Part shown: positions 1 to 16,702 of the stretch, one piece after another
Layout of the letters: every line of letters begins with the position of its first letter
Numbering within the stretch: the first letter of the stretch is position 1
Source of the DNA: the human T2T-CHM13v2.0 reference genome, Homo sapiens
Assembly: GCF_009914755.1 (NCBI RefSeq)
Contig: NC_060926.1
Strand: one strand, 5' to 3'
Length of the DNA: 64,000 nt
Made by a program: the position numbers and the translations under genes
The notes under the pieces: generated by a model
What the model was told of the DNA's origin: nothing
What the model saw: the letters and a program-made list of their open reading frames with translations, nothing else
The model's database searches: none

Positions 1-494
1 CTGAGATCTCAATGCAGGCAGTGTCATGTTTAGAGGACATTTAAGCCGTGTGCCGGTTGAGATCCACCTCCCTGAGGCTCAGGGTCAGCTGTTGTTCCCC
101 AACATTCTTCAGGCCCCCTTCCCACTGGTCGGAGGCTCGTAGTAGGGTTTCTGGATGTCTTGGGTTGGTACCCGTGGCCAGGCTGGGGATGAGGTGGAGA
201 GACTAAAACTCCTGTTTTTACTGGGAATGCCAGGCCTATTCAGAATCCGGCTCAGGAGCATTTGGGAGAAGCTGTGGTCTCACCTTGAATCAGCTGTGAA
301 ATTTCTACAAATGACATGGCCATGCTGTGCAGAACAGCACCTGGGAATAGGTATAGTCTAGAGGGATTTCAAGCATTCTTTTTTTCTCTCTCTGTCTTTC
401 CCTGGAAGCAGAGTTGAGTTGGTTGCCTCGGCAAACTTATCTCAGTCATCTTAAAACTGAGCTTTGAATTTCTTTTCCAGCAACTTCCTGGAAG

Positions 495-625
495 CAGCAC
501 GGTTGAAAGAGCCCTCGGCTGGGAGCCCAGCTGACTGGCTTTGTGATCTTGGGCAAGTCACTTAACCTCCAGGAGCCACGGTGCCTTCATCTGCAAAATG
601 AGGAGGTCAGATGGGGTGTTGGCTC
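495..625 (+). mobile_element. MIR SINE fragment
   Basis: MIR core 'tgtgatcttgggcaagtcacttaacctc...catctgcaaaatgagg'. Confidence 0.75.
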
Positions 626-1212
626 CACTCTCTTTTAGCGCTAATGATCCGGCTCCTTAAAGTCAATTGCTTCCTCTGCTCCTATCAAAGAAGTGAGGCA
701 GAGAGAGGTGGGGAGGGGTTGCCTGCTCGGATCAAAGTGTTGCCTCCCAGAGCCCTTGCCTTCAGCCTGTGGGATTTTCTCATCCTGCCTCTTAAAAACT
801 AAAAGGAAGAGAAATGTGACAATTGAAGACCTTTGTGGATTCTGGGGTGGGACTTGATCAATACTTGATCACCTACTCAGAGCCTAAGCATAAGCTCCTC
901 TTTGGGGAACTAGAGAGGATTAGTCAAAAGAAAGAAGAAAGGAATAACAATAATCATAAAGAGACGATTCATTTCCAGCTCTTAAGAAAGTCATATTCTA
1001 ATTGCTCAGTAAAGCATAACATTATCGAACCCTTACTATGTTCTAAGAAATGAGTGTTAGATAAATGTGGTATATCATTTAATTCTCTTTTAAAATGCTA
1101 AATACTTTCCTTTTTATCAATTTTCAGGATAGCTTTGTGCTCAAGCAACTTCTAAGATAAACAATGATGTTTAAAAATTTATTATGAACTCAAAGATTTT
1201 TATATATTTCAC

Positions 1213-1817
<605 letters not shown>

Positions 1818-2819
1818 TTTGGTCAGGGGCAATCCTTCAAATTTGCTCCTATGTCTTTTGACACAGTTTCCTTGTTTTTTGGTACATTACTTCATTCTTA
1901 CAACAACCCCAAAGAGATAGACACTATTATTATCTGCATTTTACAGATGATGAAATGGAGTACTGCCCAAGGCCACAAGGCCATTAAAGGTGGCTTTGGG
2001 ATCTGATCGTCACCACTACACCATATAAACGATTTGAAGAGATACATTAACACACACACACACACAAAAGGATTCAGTAAGCGGCACTGAGTGATGTATT
2101 CCTTTTGATCAATTCATTGGCTATTTGTTGGCTCCAATCACATGCAAATTTCTAGGTCTCTGTGGAGCTCATGTTCCAGCAAGCATACTTGTGGACATTG
2201 GTGCTCAGGATACTGAGTAGGAAAGGAATTCACTGTGGGCTGCGAAAACCTGGGGAGACCCCCGGGATGGGATTGGAGATGGCCTTTGAGGCCTGATTAA
2301 GAGCTTGTCAGGGAAGAGGCATTTCAGGCAGAGGATGGCATGAGCAAAGGTTCAGAGGCAGGAACCGGGCTGGCAGAGGAGGTGGCAGAAACCCACCTTG
2401 CCTCAACCCTCTCATTTTCCGTAAGTTTGACCCCAAGACGGGGGAGGCTCACGGATCAAGTGTGTTATGCAAATGATGCTTAAATGTCAAAAGAACACTC
2501 AAGTTCTCCGTTGTGGGAGAAGTCACGGGTTATGGGAAGATTTGCCCCAAATGGTCTGCAACATTATGCTATAGTTTTTATTGAACTGTTCCCATACAGA
2601 ATGACAATGATAGTCCATTTTGCATGGGGTTTAGAGTGGTGTGTGTGTATGTCATGGGATCTCCCCAAGGTAGATGCCATATCTGTTGGTCACTGTGTCT
2701 TCAGTAATCACCATACAGGTTGGTTCTTAATAATTTTTAAAAATAGAAATAAAAATTCCTTTAAGACATCATAATTGATAATCCCACTATATGTTCCAGA
2801 AAATCTGTTGCACAGAAAT

Positions 2820-3550
<731 letters not shown>

Positions 3551-3849
3551 ATAGGCAGAGCAAAAGTCACGGAAAGGGTGGCTATTGCACTTCTTTAGAT
3601 CCTGACTCAACATTTTCACGAGTTAAAAGTAGAATGTTATTTTTGCCACCTAAAACCCAACATGAAAGCCATGAAGGGTGATGAGCGCGCTGGGAAGGGT
3701 GGGTGGGTAAAGGTCCCAGCGGAGCCATCCAGGCAGAGGAATGAGGTCACAGAGTTGGCGTGATGAAGGGCTGGGGGGTCCCCACCTTGGTGGTTCCCAC
3801 CCCTGCTCCTGGGCTACCTGAAAAGGTAGCTGGGCAAATGCTGGGGGAA

Positions 3850-4170
3850 CCTTCAATTTTACGGCAATTAGGGGCACCCGTGGGCTGGGCAATCAGCCGA
3901 GGCTCTGATCTGGTTAACCTCGCTGGGGGTCAGGCCGCGCTGACCTCGCAGTGTTCTCACTCCGAAGCCGCAGCTGGGTCAGTGCTCCCATTGTGTGACC
4001 GGTCGACATTAACTCCCGGGCCAAAGAACAGGGCCTGCTCCCCACAGCCCTGCCTCCCGCCCAAGTGGGCCAGCTTTGTTCGCTTCCCATTGGCTCCCAT
4101 TGTGCCTACTCAGGGGGAAAAAGCCTGCGTTCATTTCCTTACTCTAATGGCTCCATCCTCTTCCAGCCCA
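3850..4170. promoter_or_regulatory. Candidate enhancer (CpG-retaining, repeat-free, SOX/HOX/nuclear-receptor motifs)
   Basis: GCTCCCATTGTG twice (3984, 4093), CTTTGT, TTTTACGG, GGGTCA-n8-TGACCT; motif inference only. Confidence 0.45.
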
Positions 4171-5339
4171 TAAGCATTTTGTCACTGTGACCCCAGAGGT
4201 TATTCAGGCCTTTTGATCTTGCCTACCTCCAGCCCAGTTTCCCAGCTGCCCTGCGGACCCACCACCCAGAGGGTGAGCCTATGGGCAGGATTGGGCCCCG
4301 GGCATGAGGAGGGGTTACCTAAGCGGGGGCGGTGTTGGGGGGATTGGAGACCAGGGTGGGGTGGGCTCCAGCGGGAGGCATTTCAGTCTTTCTCTCCATC
4401 AGAATCTCCTCTCCTCCTGGAAATCAAAGGCCCAGGGCCTGGGGCCTTCTTCCCTCGGGGAAGAGCCAGGAGGAGCTCTCTCTAAGGCCTCCAGCCCTCC
4501 ATAGCTGCCCAGCGAGCCGGGCCTGTCTGTCTCCCACTCTTGGCCCCGGTGCATTTCCTAGGACTTTCTGTTTGCTTGCTGGACAGTCTTGTTGTCCCTG
4601 GATGTTCAGCCCTGCCCCCCTCACTCCGTCTTCCACAAGTTCTCCCCCACACTCCACATTAATGTAACACTGCCCTATCCCTGTAGCACGGGGTCTATGA
4701 CAACACTTTGGTGGCCAGCTGCCGACAGCCCAGCTACTTCCCCTTACCTTGGGGTCCACTGTGACCGCCAGCTCCTGGGGACAGATGCCTTGCTTTCTGT
4801 ATTGTTGGAGCCTCCCTCCCCACCCCACAGCCTGGAACAATGAAGGGTAGTGTTCAGTCCCTTTGAGCCAGGAATAGGGTGACTTCGGATGTTTTTAGAA
4901 GGAGCTTTATAGACTAGACAGGAATGAATAAGGTTTATGACCCAAATTCTTCTGATAGGCGTCTAAGATGTTGAGAGGTGGTAGAGGTACTGGAAAGGGC
5001 TTGGTGAGTTTTTAAAACATGAAAGGATCGATTTATTTGCTCACTTATTTGTACAAACAGGAATGGAACCCCTTCTCTGGATGACTGTTAAATTGCTCTT
5101 AGCACTGGGAAAGCAGACGGTAAAAGACTCTAGTCCTGCCCGTGCTGGGTTCGTAGTCTGGTAGTGGTGACAGGTACACAGAGAGGAACTCACGACCCAC
5201 CAGGAGGTCTCCTGACAGCTCAGCCCTTATGCATGTTTAATTCTACACAGAGGGAGAAGGAGCTGGACCTTAAAGAAAAGGTTAAACTTACTGAGACAGA
5301 TGTAAAATGTCCACCACACCAAATTTATTAGGCAATATT

Positions 5340-5700
5340 GTATAGCCTGGGAGAATTAATCTATTTCCTCCAAAGTGAATAATCTCAATTCAAATTCCAA
5401 TTAATGGCTTTGAGGAAACTACACTGAAGCATCAAACAGCAAATTAAATACAGCCTTTTCTGTTTGCCTCTCGACAGCCGGATGCACTTTATTGACATTT
5501 GTCTCTATGCCTCTTCAGGAAATTTGGGCTCGCCCATCGGCAGCCAGCCAGCACTGCCTGTGCTCCGTGCCAGCCCTTCAGGAATCTACCTAGAGTCCCC
5601 TCTCCAGCAGGGTGGAGTCTATTATGGGTCGATTAGCTGCTCCTTTTCAGCGCAGATTTAACACTGTCCAAAAGGTAAACTTACGTTTTCTCATTAGTAC
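5340..5700. promoter_or_regulatory. Candidate conserved non-coding element
   Basis: Repeat-free; clustered TAAT/AATTAA homeodomain sites, forkhead-like AAACAG/TAAATA, TGACA; several CpGs retained. Confidence 0.35.
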
Positions 5701-6039
5701 ATTCTCCTTCATTCATTCATTTCCAATCTATAATTAATTCTTTCTCAGTTAATGAGTTATTTTCATTTCTTCATTACACAAGTGCTTTGCTAAGTGCTTG
5801 GCACCATGCTAGGTTTAGGAGTTATAAAAATGAATACAGGGTGGTCTCTGCTCTGAAAAAAAATTATTTTAGTGAGGGTCTCTGATGAGGCCACCTGGGA
5901 AGTGCTGTGCTGAGGGAGAGAAACATATTAGGGAAACCTTTGGGAGGGGCCTTAACTCTATTTGGGGATAGCCAAGAAGGCAAAAGCTTTGCTGGACAAG
6001 ACTACACTGAAAGCTTTCCTTTGTATTTTTTGAAAAGTG

Positions 6040-6158
6040 TTTTAAGAGATGGACTCTTGCTATGTTGCCCAGGCTGGTCTTCAACTGGGCTCCAGTGATC
6101 CTCCTGCCTTGCCCTCCCAAAGTGCTGGGATTACAGGTGTACACCACCATGCCTGGCT
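6040..6158 (-). mobile_element. FLAM / Alu left monomer
   Basis: Single Alu arm 'agagatggactcttgctatgttgcccaggctgg...'. Confidence 0.85.
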
Positions 6159-6313
6159 CCTTGAATGTGTCTTAAAAGTTAAAGAACTATCAGGTGAGGA
6201 AAAGGGGAGGGGTGGAGAGTTGTGTTTAAGGTCAGAAGGCAGGTGGATTAATCGGGGAGACCTTGGAAACAGGGAGGAGGTTGGCATAGGAATCCAGGCT
6301 GGACCCCAAGTAG

Positions 6314-7193
<880 letters not shown>

Positions 7194-8389
7194 GCAAGTA
7201 GCTTTCTAGAACACTCACTGCCTCTGGACAGTCCTACATTTAGTTGAGCGGCGTCTTCTCCCCCACCCCACTCCCCGGATATGTGGACAGATGCCGCCGA
7301 ATGCACTGTCTGGATGTGAGGCAGAAATATAATTATTTTCCTTTCTCATAAGGAAAAGCTAATTACTAGAAGGAATCCTAGCATAATTACACAGTTAGGC
7401 TTAGCGTCTTGGTACACATTGCTTCCTGGCAAAGACGTCCAGTTACCTTATAGCCATTTGTTGGAGGCAGGGGCGGCCATTTCTGATTCTCTCCTGCTCC
7501 CCTACCCCATTGTCTGCCCCTCACTGATGACCCCTTGGGGTGGGTAAACTGAGTCAGATGCCCAGGTAACAGGACCAGGGAGCAGTGCCTACAGCCGTCG
7601 GCTCCTCACTGTCCCTTGTAGGGGAGTTACCAGGCCACTCACACAGAGGGGAGAGCTGGTGCTCAGGGAGCCTGTGCCACTCGCTCGGGGTCTCTCCTCT
7701 CCCTGTAGGAATTGAAGCTGGGATTGGAACCTGGGTCTCTCTGGCTGGAAAGCTTCCCCCTTTCTCCATGACAGCCTCGCCATGGGATGTTTGACTTAGC
7801 TGTCACAGTGCCCCATGTGGACGGCCAGGGAAGGAATGAGGAATGTGCTTCTCAGTGGGCCGGGCCAGGTAGGGGGAATATTTGCAGTGTGGTTGAGCTC
7901 CTACTGGCATGCCCTGGCAGAGAGGGTGGGATCCCAGGTGTGGTCCTGGGGGGTGGAGGGCAGCAGTGCCCAGCCCAGAGGGGGTGAGTGTGTCTCATCA
8001 GGGGTGCTTCCATCCCTGGGGGCCCACCCCATCCCAACACAGACAGGGAGGCAGCGCTCTACAGAGGAGGGCCAGCTGGCTTTAAAGTCTGTGGTTTTCT
8101 CCACAAGGAGAGATGGGCCAGGAGACAGTATGAGGATGTTCCAGGCAGAAGAAAGAGAAGAGCAAAGAATTGAGCAAAGGCCAAATACTGGAAGTGGGTC
8201 AAACTGGCAGGGGTGGAGTGGAGATGGAGGGTTTGGGGGGAAGTGGGGTGGAGGGGAGTGTTTTGTTGAGTGAGTGGTGACTACTGGCCCGGATCACATG
8301 GCACCACTGTGAGTTCTCATCTGGAAGGGGTGGAGCTGACTGCAAAGGTTCCTTCCTATTTGACACTCTGTAAGTCAATATTTAAAATA

Positions 8390-9266
<877 letters not shown>

Positions 9267-12200
9267 TCATTCCTCTCTGGCAGCTGCAGACTATGACTGG
9301 TCCATGCCTTGGCAGGAGACAGCCTCAGGCCATAGAAGAGACCTTGGAAACAGACAACCATGTAAGGAAGCTTTGGAGGTGGGGGTGATGGGGGACCTCA
9401 GACCGAAAGGCAGGTTTCTTAGTGAGTTCAACTCCCCTGAGGCTCTGACTGGAGCCGTCAGGTCGCACTGAATCTCAGGGGTCTGTCAGCACCTGCAGTG
9501 CCTGAGCTGACATGGAGAAAGTTGTGAGTCTATCTAGGGTTTTGCAAAATGTTAAAATGGCCTAATTTCTGTCTTTAAACTTCTTAGGACACAGTGGGAG
9601 GCCAAGTGGTTTGACGGTCGAGTTTAGACTGTAAGCTCAGAGAATCAGGCCCAAATCCTGCTTCTACTTCTTATTCCTCCTAAATTCTTGGGTTTTGTCT
9701 GTCAAAGAGGGAATTATAACCCAGGCTCCAAAGAGGTAGGCACAGGAATTTAAAGGAGGTCTTGTCTGCAAAGTGCCTGAAACAGAGGAGGGCTCAGCAC
9801 CCGGTAGCTCACGTTTGCAGTACTCTTCTTAGCTAACAGGTAACCTGACTTCACTGCTTCTTTCTTTGTTGGTGAGAGGCGTTTTCCTGGTTGTGAGCAG
9901 TGGCTGTGACCATCCAGTTTTAAATTGGCCAGTTTGGTTAATGACATGGCCTAGCAGGCAGTCCTCATTGTGTGATGAGCACTAAATTAGTCCCACAAAG
10001 GAAATTGCTTTACTGATGTCCTGTACTGGTACCAATGAGAATCTTCTTCTCTCCCCAGGATAAAGCAGGTGGCCAATTGCTCCACGCTGCCGAAGGGTTT
10101 TACATGTCTGAGACCTGGAGGCAAAGCTGGCTTTTACAGGGGCTGGCTTGGCTCCTGGGGAGGTGAGCTTGTGTGCCCTTCTGACATGTCTTCCACCTGC
10201 TTGGCACCAGTTTAGTGAACACCTTTAGGTTCCATGGCTATGAGCAAAATCTTCCCATTGTTGCTAAATGGAGATTTCACAAAGGTTGATGACACGTATT
10301 TTCTGACCAAATGGTTCAGGGAAACCCTGAGAGCTCCAAGATGACCGAATAAGCTAGGGGCTTAGATGGCTAGGATTTTTGGGGTTGCAGGGGAGACTAT
10401 GTTGTCTAGAAAGGCCTGCTAATTGATGCCTGCTATTCCACCATGCCAGCCCCAACTCTGCAGAGCCTTGAAGGCACTTAGGTCTCAGGTCTCTTTTTCC
10501 AAGGTAGACCATCTTGGGAAGGTCACGTCCTATACCATTACTGGTAGCTGTCATTAGGTCAGGTTAATAGGAATTAGTAAGGATAGAGTGCTGGCTAGGT
10601 CCTGAGAAGCATGGCCAGGCAAAAGTCAAACCAGACAGGAGAACAGCAGTGGAGACAACACAGACCAGCCCTCTCTGATCCCCTGGGATTTAGATTCCAT
10701 CTGTTTTTAAGTGTAGTTTGAAGTTAAGCCTAAAGCATGATAATGATTAAGGTAGGAGAGAATCTAGGGAACCATCTTGCATGGGGGTGGGATGGGTATG
10801 GGATGGTGTCAGGGAGATAGTGAGTGACATTGGTGCATGATGCACAGGCAGGGGACATCGAGGGCTTGGCTGTTCAACTAGGACCTGAGGGGTGGCCGAG
10901 ATGACCCTCCAGAGTCACTTTCAAGCCCAAATATTTGCCTTCCATTCTTAATGCAGCAGAGAAGTTCCTTCTGATTTGTTGATCTCTGGTTGATACCCGA
11001 GCATTGGGGTTGTCATGGAGTCAGGATCGACTGAGGAAAGTGAATTGGGAGCTGCCACAAAATCGGATTCATGCCCACATGGCTATTCATACATTTCATA
11101 CATTCACATTAAATGCTGTCATGTGAGGACTCCTAACGTCCCTGTGCCTGGACTGTAAGTAGGAAAAGGACCATAGCATGTCTGGGCCATACTTTTTCAG
11201 ATGGGGAGAGTGAGGTCCAGAGGGGAAGTGACTTCCCCACTGTGAGTCACAGAAATAATTCACCCCAGTCACCAGGCCCCTGTTTTCTTGGTTTCTAGAC
11301 CCTCTATCTCCTTTTTGTGCCCTGAGTCTTGGATCACTCCCCCCAGGCAGGGCTCTTAGGCGTTTCCTGCCTCATGTGTACAATTGTGAGGATTTATTGT
11401 AGCTGGGATTTTGTTTCAAGCCTTTAATATGATTAGCAAACATCAAATATCAAAAGCTTATCTAGTAAACACCTCCCGTCCATGCCATGGATGTTATGGT
11501 CAGCTCTGGATTGAAGTCGAGTCACATTTCAAAACAGATGCAATTTCAAGAGGCCAGAGCGAGGCCGCCGCATCTGCTGGCTGTGATCTTTCGTGTGCAG
11601 TAAATGGCATTGTTGGAGAGCTGGGCTGTAAAACTCAGCCTGGTCAGCAGGACCTGCTCACAATGCAGGGAGCTTTCCGGGGGATTTTAAAAATGCAGTC
11701 GAGCACTCCGAGCCTGGTGGGCAGTCTGCCGGGGCAAGAACAAGCCGTCTGTTCAAGACTGGGATGTTCAAATCAAATATTTGTAATCTTTGACCAAAAT
11801 TTAAGTGATACTCTTAGGAACCAGTGGGGTTTCCAGGAATGACTCTGTCAGGGGAGGAGGGAGGGAGATGGTGAGCGTTTGTAAAAGAAGACTATGGTGC
11901 CTCCCAAATCTCACAGTTTAAGCCAACAGAAGCACACTTCCATCCTTTTCCTAGACACGAGATTAAAAAAAAATTCTTTGTTCTATTTGTGAGTAAAAGT
12001 GCTGGAGGAATCTAAGGTCTGCTCAGTGGTGTTTCCCTTGGGTCCGTGGATATTGTGGCGAAGTGCAGTGCGTCTTGTTGGACATATCAAGACCAGAGGC
12101 TGGGCTCTGTCCCAGTGCCACTGAGCACTCCAGCTCTTCTTCACGGATGCTGGGTGTATTTATGTGAGCACATGTGTGTGAGAGAGCAGGAGAGTGGGTG

Positions 12201-12929
12201 AGTACATGGACTTCCGAAGGATTCCGATCGGTGCAGCTCAGCCCCTACCATGTCCAGGCCACTTTGCCCTTCCTGCTATTCCCATGGGAGGCAGGAGACA
12301 CCCTATCTGGAGGACTAATGTTTCCCCAAGTACCACAGCCCATGGAGTTCAGTGACCCGTTCCAGCTGTTTCTGGCGGCAGCGCTGAAGCTGTCGGCAGC
12401 CCGGCGGGTGGCAGGGTGGGTTACACCGTGGAAAATGCCTTCCTAATGGGGCAACAGCTGCCACCGGCAAGAGCTCCAGGAATTGGTGTAATGAGAGAAA
12501 TTGTTCTCTGCTGCTGGGTATGGCTGATTTCACCCATAAAGGAAGATTTGCTGCTTCCAACAGGGGAGGCACTCTCTTGTTTAGATTCCTGTAAGTCGAT
12601 GAGGAGTGAGCTGTAGCCATGAGAAAGTCACCAAGGACTCTTGCAAGAACATGGGGCTTTGCTCTGTATTCTAGCTGGGGGTGAACTGGCCCAAGCTTGA
12701 TACCATCTGCAGTGTACCGTGTTGCTGAAGTTCAAAGTCACCTGGGTTTCTCAAGGTGAATCCCAATCTAGGTGCTGCATCTGGGAGGGGGCAAGAGCAG
12801 AGTGAGAGGGCAGGGATCATTCTCACAGGACTGGAGGGTGGGACTGGAAGGGATTTCCACCTGCCTGCCACAGCCAGTGGCTCAGGGTGTTGACATTGCC
12901 ACACTGACCATTGCTAAAGTCCAGTGAGG

Positions 12930-13102
12930 CTTCCCTCACTCCCTTCCTCCCTCCCTTCCTTCCTTCCTTCCTTCCTCCCTCCTCCCTGTCTCCCTCCCTC
13001 CTCCCTGTCTCCCTCCCTCCTCCCTGTCTTCCTCTCTCTCTCCTTCCTTTCTTTCTTCCATCCCTTCCCTTCCCTTCCCTTCCCTTCCCTTTCCTTTCCT
13101 TT

Positions 13103-13134
<32 letters not shown>

Positions 13135-13236
13135 TTTCTTTCTTTCTCTTCCTTTCTCTTTCTTTCTTTCTTCCTTCCTTCCTTCCTTCCTTCCTTCCTT
13201 CCTTCCTTCTTTCCTTCCTTCCTTCCTTCCTTCCTT
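12930..13236. repeat. Compound polypyrimidine microsatellite (CCTT/CCCT/CCCTT/CTTT)n
   Basis: About 300 bp almost purely C/T on the + strand. Confidence 0.97.
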
Positions 13237-14629
13237 TTTAAACTTTTATTAAAGTTATTCAGGCACACTATTTAAAACTTCCCCAAGGCTTCTTGTGAAA
13301 AGCAGCAGTTTCCCCCACCCTCTTTCTTCTTGTTTCCTTTTCCCCAGAGGCAGTGACTTTTAACTCTCCTGGTTGAATCTTGTTATTTTCTTCCTCCCCT
13401 TTCAGCAACATATTGTTTCTTGATGTGACAGCTTTAGGAACAATCTGTACACTTTGCACCATGGAAGATGAACATTTAGCTTCTTTTATATCGGTCCCTG
13501 TCTCAATACCACTGGCGCCAGCGCCAGTGCCTGATCCTGAACTAGTTTTGCTACTTCTCAGACCCGGCTTCATCATGAAGGTCGGCGTTAGGGTTACTGA
13601 TTATTTCCTTTTCTGCCCAGGTCTGTTTAACTGGTGGACACCAATCACCTTTCTGTTGCCTGTAGTGCTTTCCCACTGATAGAATTCCCAGTTCACCTAC
13701 TACAACTAAATGACTCAGAAAAGTGTCCAGAGAGCTGGAGATGCAAGTGGGAGGAGGGGGTCCCTAGTCGTGCTCAAAGCACCTACTTTTCTTGCTAACT
13801 CTAAAGGAAGGAAAGCAAGGGCTTTCACTCTGTTCAACTCTGGACTCTGGGTTTGGGAGCATGATTTTTTTTTTTTAATTAAAAAAATGTGCCCATTACA
13901 GTAAATTTCTATTGATGTAAACATTGCAGTTCTCCTGACAATGGCCCTCACATCACAACTCTGGGCAGGGAAGAGCAAAGGGGCTCAAGCAATAGAATGG
14001 AGCCCAGACACTCGCAGCCAAGTGAGGATAAAACTATTTCTCAGTGAATGTGGAAAATGTGGAGTTAGGAGCTAAAATTACCCACGAAAAGGCTGACTGG
14101 TGCATGCAGACCCCAAAGCAATGCGATGTATTCCATAAGGCAGGGAATTCTTGGAAAACCTGTGTGTTGGTAAAGTGTGTCTTTCTCCACCTTTCTACCC
14201 CTGCAATACTGTGTGATAGAGAAACCTAGTTGAGATTAGAAATGCACTTTTCTCAGGGCTCAGGAGACCCAGGAGAGGTGGGCAGGGGACACATAAATAA
14301 TAGAGGAGATATGGCAAATGCATTAGAAGTGAGCCATCTGTCCCTGCTGCAGAACTGAGCCGTGAAAATGTGATTCAACCACAAGCTCTCAGAACAGGGA
14401 AGGACCAGTTTACATTTATGACAGGCCCTGGATGGAGCATCGTGCTTGGCACAAAAGTGGATGCTTGAACCGAATTTGTCTTCAATAAATCAAACAGCTC
14501 ATTTTGCAAATAAGTAAACTGAAACTCAAAGAATTAAACTGGCATGTCCCGGGTCATGCAGCAGGTTCATGGTGGGGCTAGTAGAGCAGCCCAGATCCCC
14601 TGACTCCTCTACTCCCTGCACCTCTTCTA

Positions 14630-16000
<1,371 letters not shown>

Positions 16001-16390
16001 AATTCGGTAGAGCAGTGCACCTTTGGGAGCCAACTTTCATGTCATACAGACACTCTCTCTGGCCTTGGGATGAACAGAGGATACCAATCTGCAGTCCTAG
16101 CTCCTAGAGACCCATGGAAGAGCTGACCTAGCAGGCCAGGGGATGGATTCCAGCCCAAGCTGAGGCCAAGCCAGTTTGACTGATGAGGAAATAGTGTCCA
16201 TTTCTTCTTCTTGACAACTCTATACCCTGGTGAATGTTTTTTCTCCCCACTTTGACTGGTGTACACATTTATGAGCATCCAGTGCCCAATGTTTGCTGCT
16301 CTTTCTAGGTGGAGATTCACCAGAATGAGATATTGCAGAACCAGGATTCAAAGGTAAGGCCCACAGTCCACAGAGTTTTAAATTTTTTTT

Positions 16391-16702
16391 AAATTAATTA
16401 ATTAATTAATTAATTTTTTTCAGACAGAGTCTCGCTCTGTCCCCCAGGCTGGAGTGCAGTGGCGCGATCTCAGGCTCACTGCAAGCTCTGCCTCCTGGGT
16501 TCACGCCATTCCCCGGCCTCAGCCTCCCCAGTAACTGGGACTACAGGCACCTGCCACCGCGCCCGGTGAATTTTTTGTATTTTTAGTAGAGATGGGGTTT
16601 CACCCTGTTAGCCAGGATGGTCTCAATCTCCTGACCTTGTGATCCTCCCGCCTCGGCCTCCCAAAGTGCTGGGATTACAGGCGTGAGCCACCATGCCCGG
16701 CC
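16391..16702 (-). mobile_element. AluY-like with (AATT)n tail
   Basis: 'gcaagctc...ttcacgccatt...gttagccaggatgg' AluY diagnostics. Confidence 0.93.

Noticed and set aside
2460-2474. OCT4-SOX2-like composite gtgtgttatgcaaat
   Set aside because: The octamer is perfect but the SOX half is mismatched. A single motif is insufficient.
5600-5620. CTCF-like ccagcagggtgg (similar partial matches at ~50378 and ~54870)
   Set aside because: Mismatches at core positions; cannot be called without PWM scoring.
12911-13268. F/L/P/S-rich and K/E/G/R-rich ORFs
   Set aside because: Translations of the C/T microsatellite.
13510-13529. 9-bp GC-rich inverted repeat cactggcgc-ca-gcgccagtg
   Set aside because: Short and isolated; compatible with chance, with no RNA-gene context.
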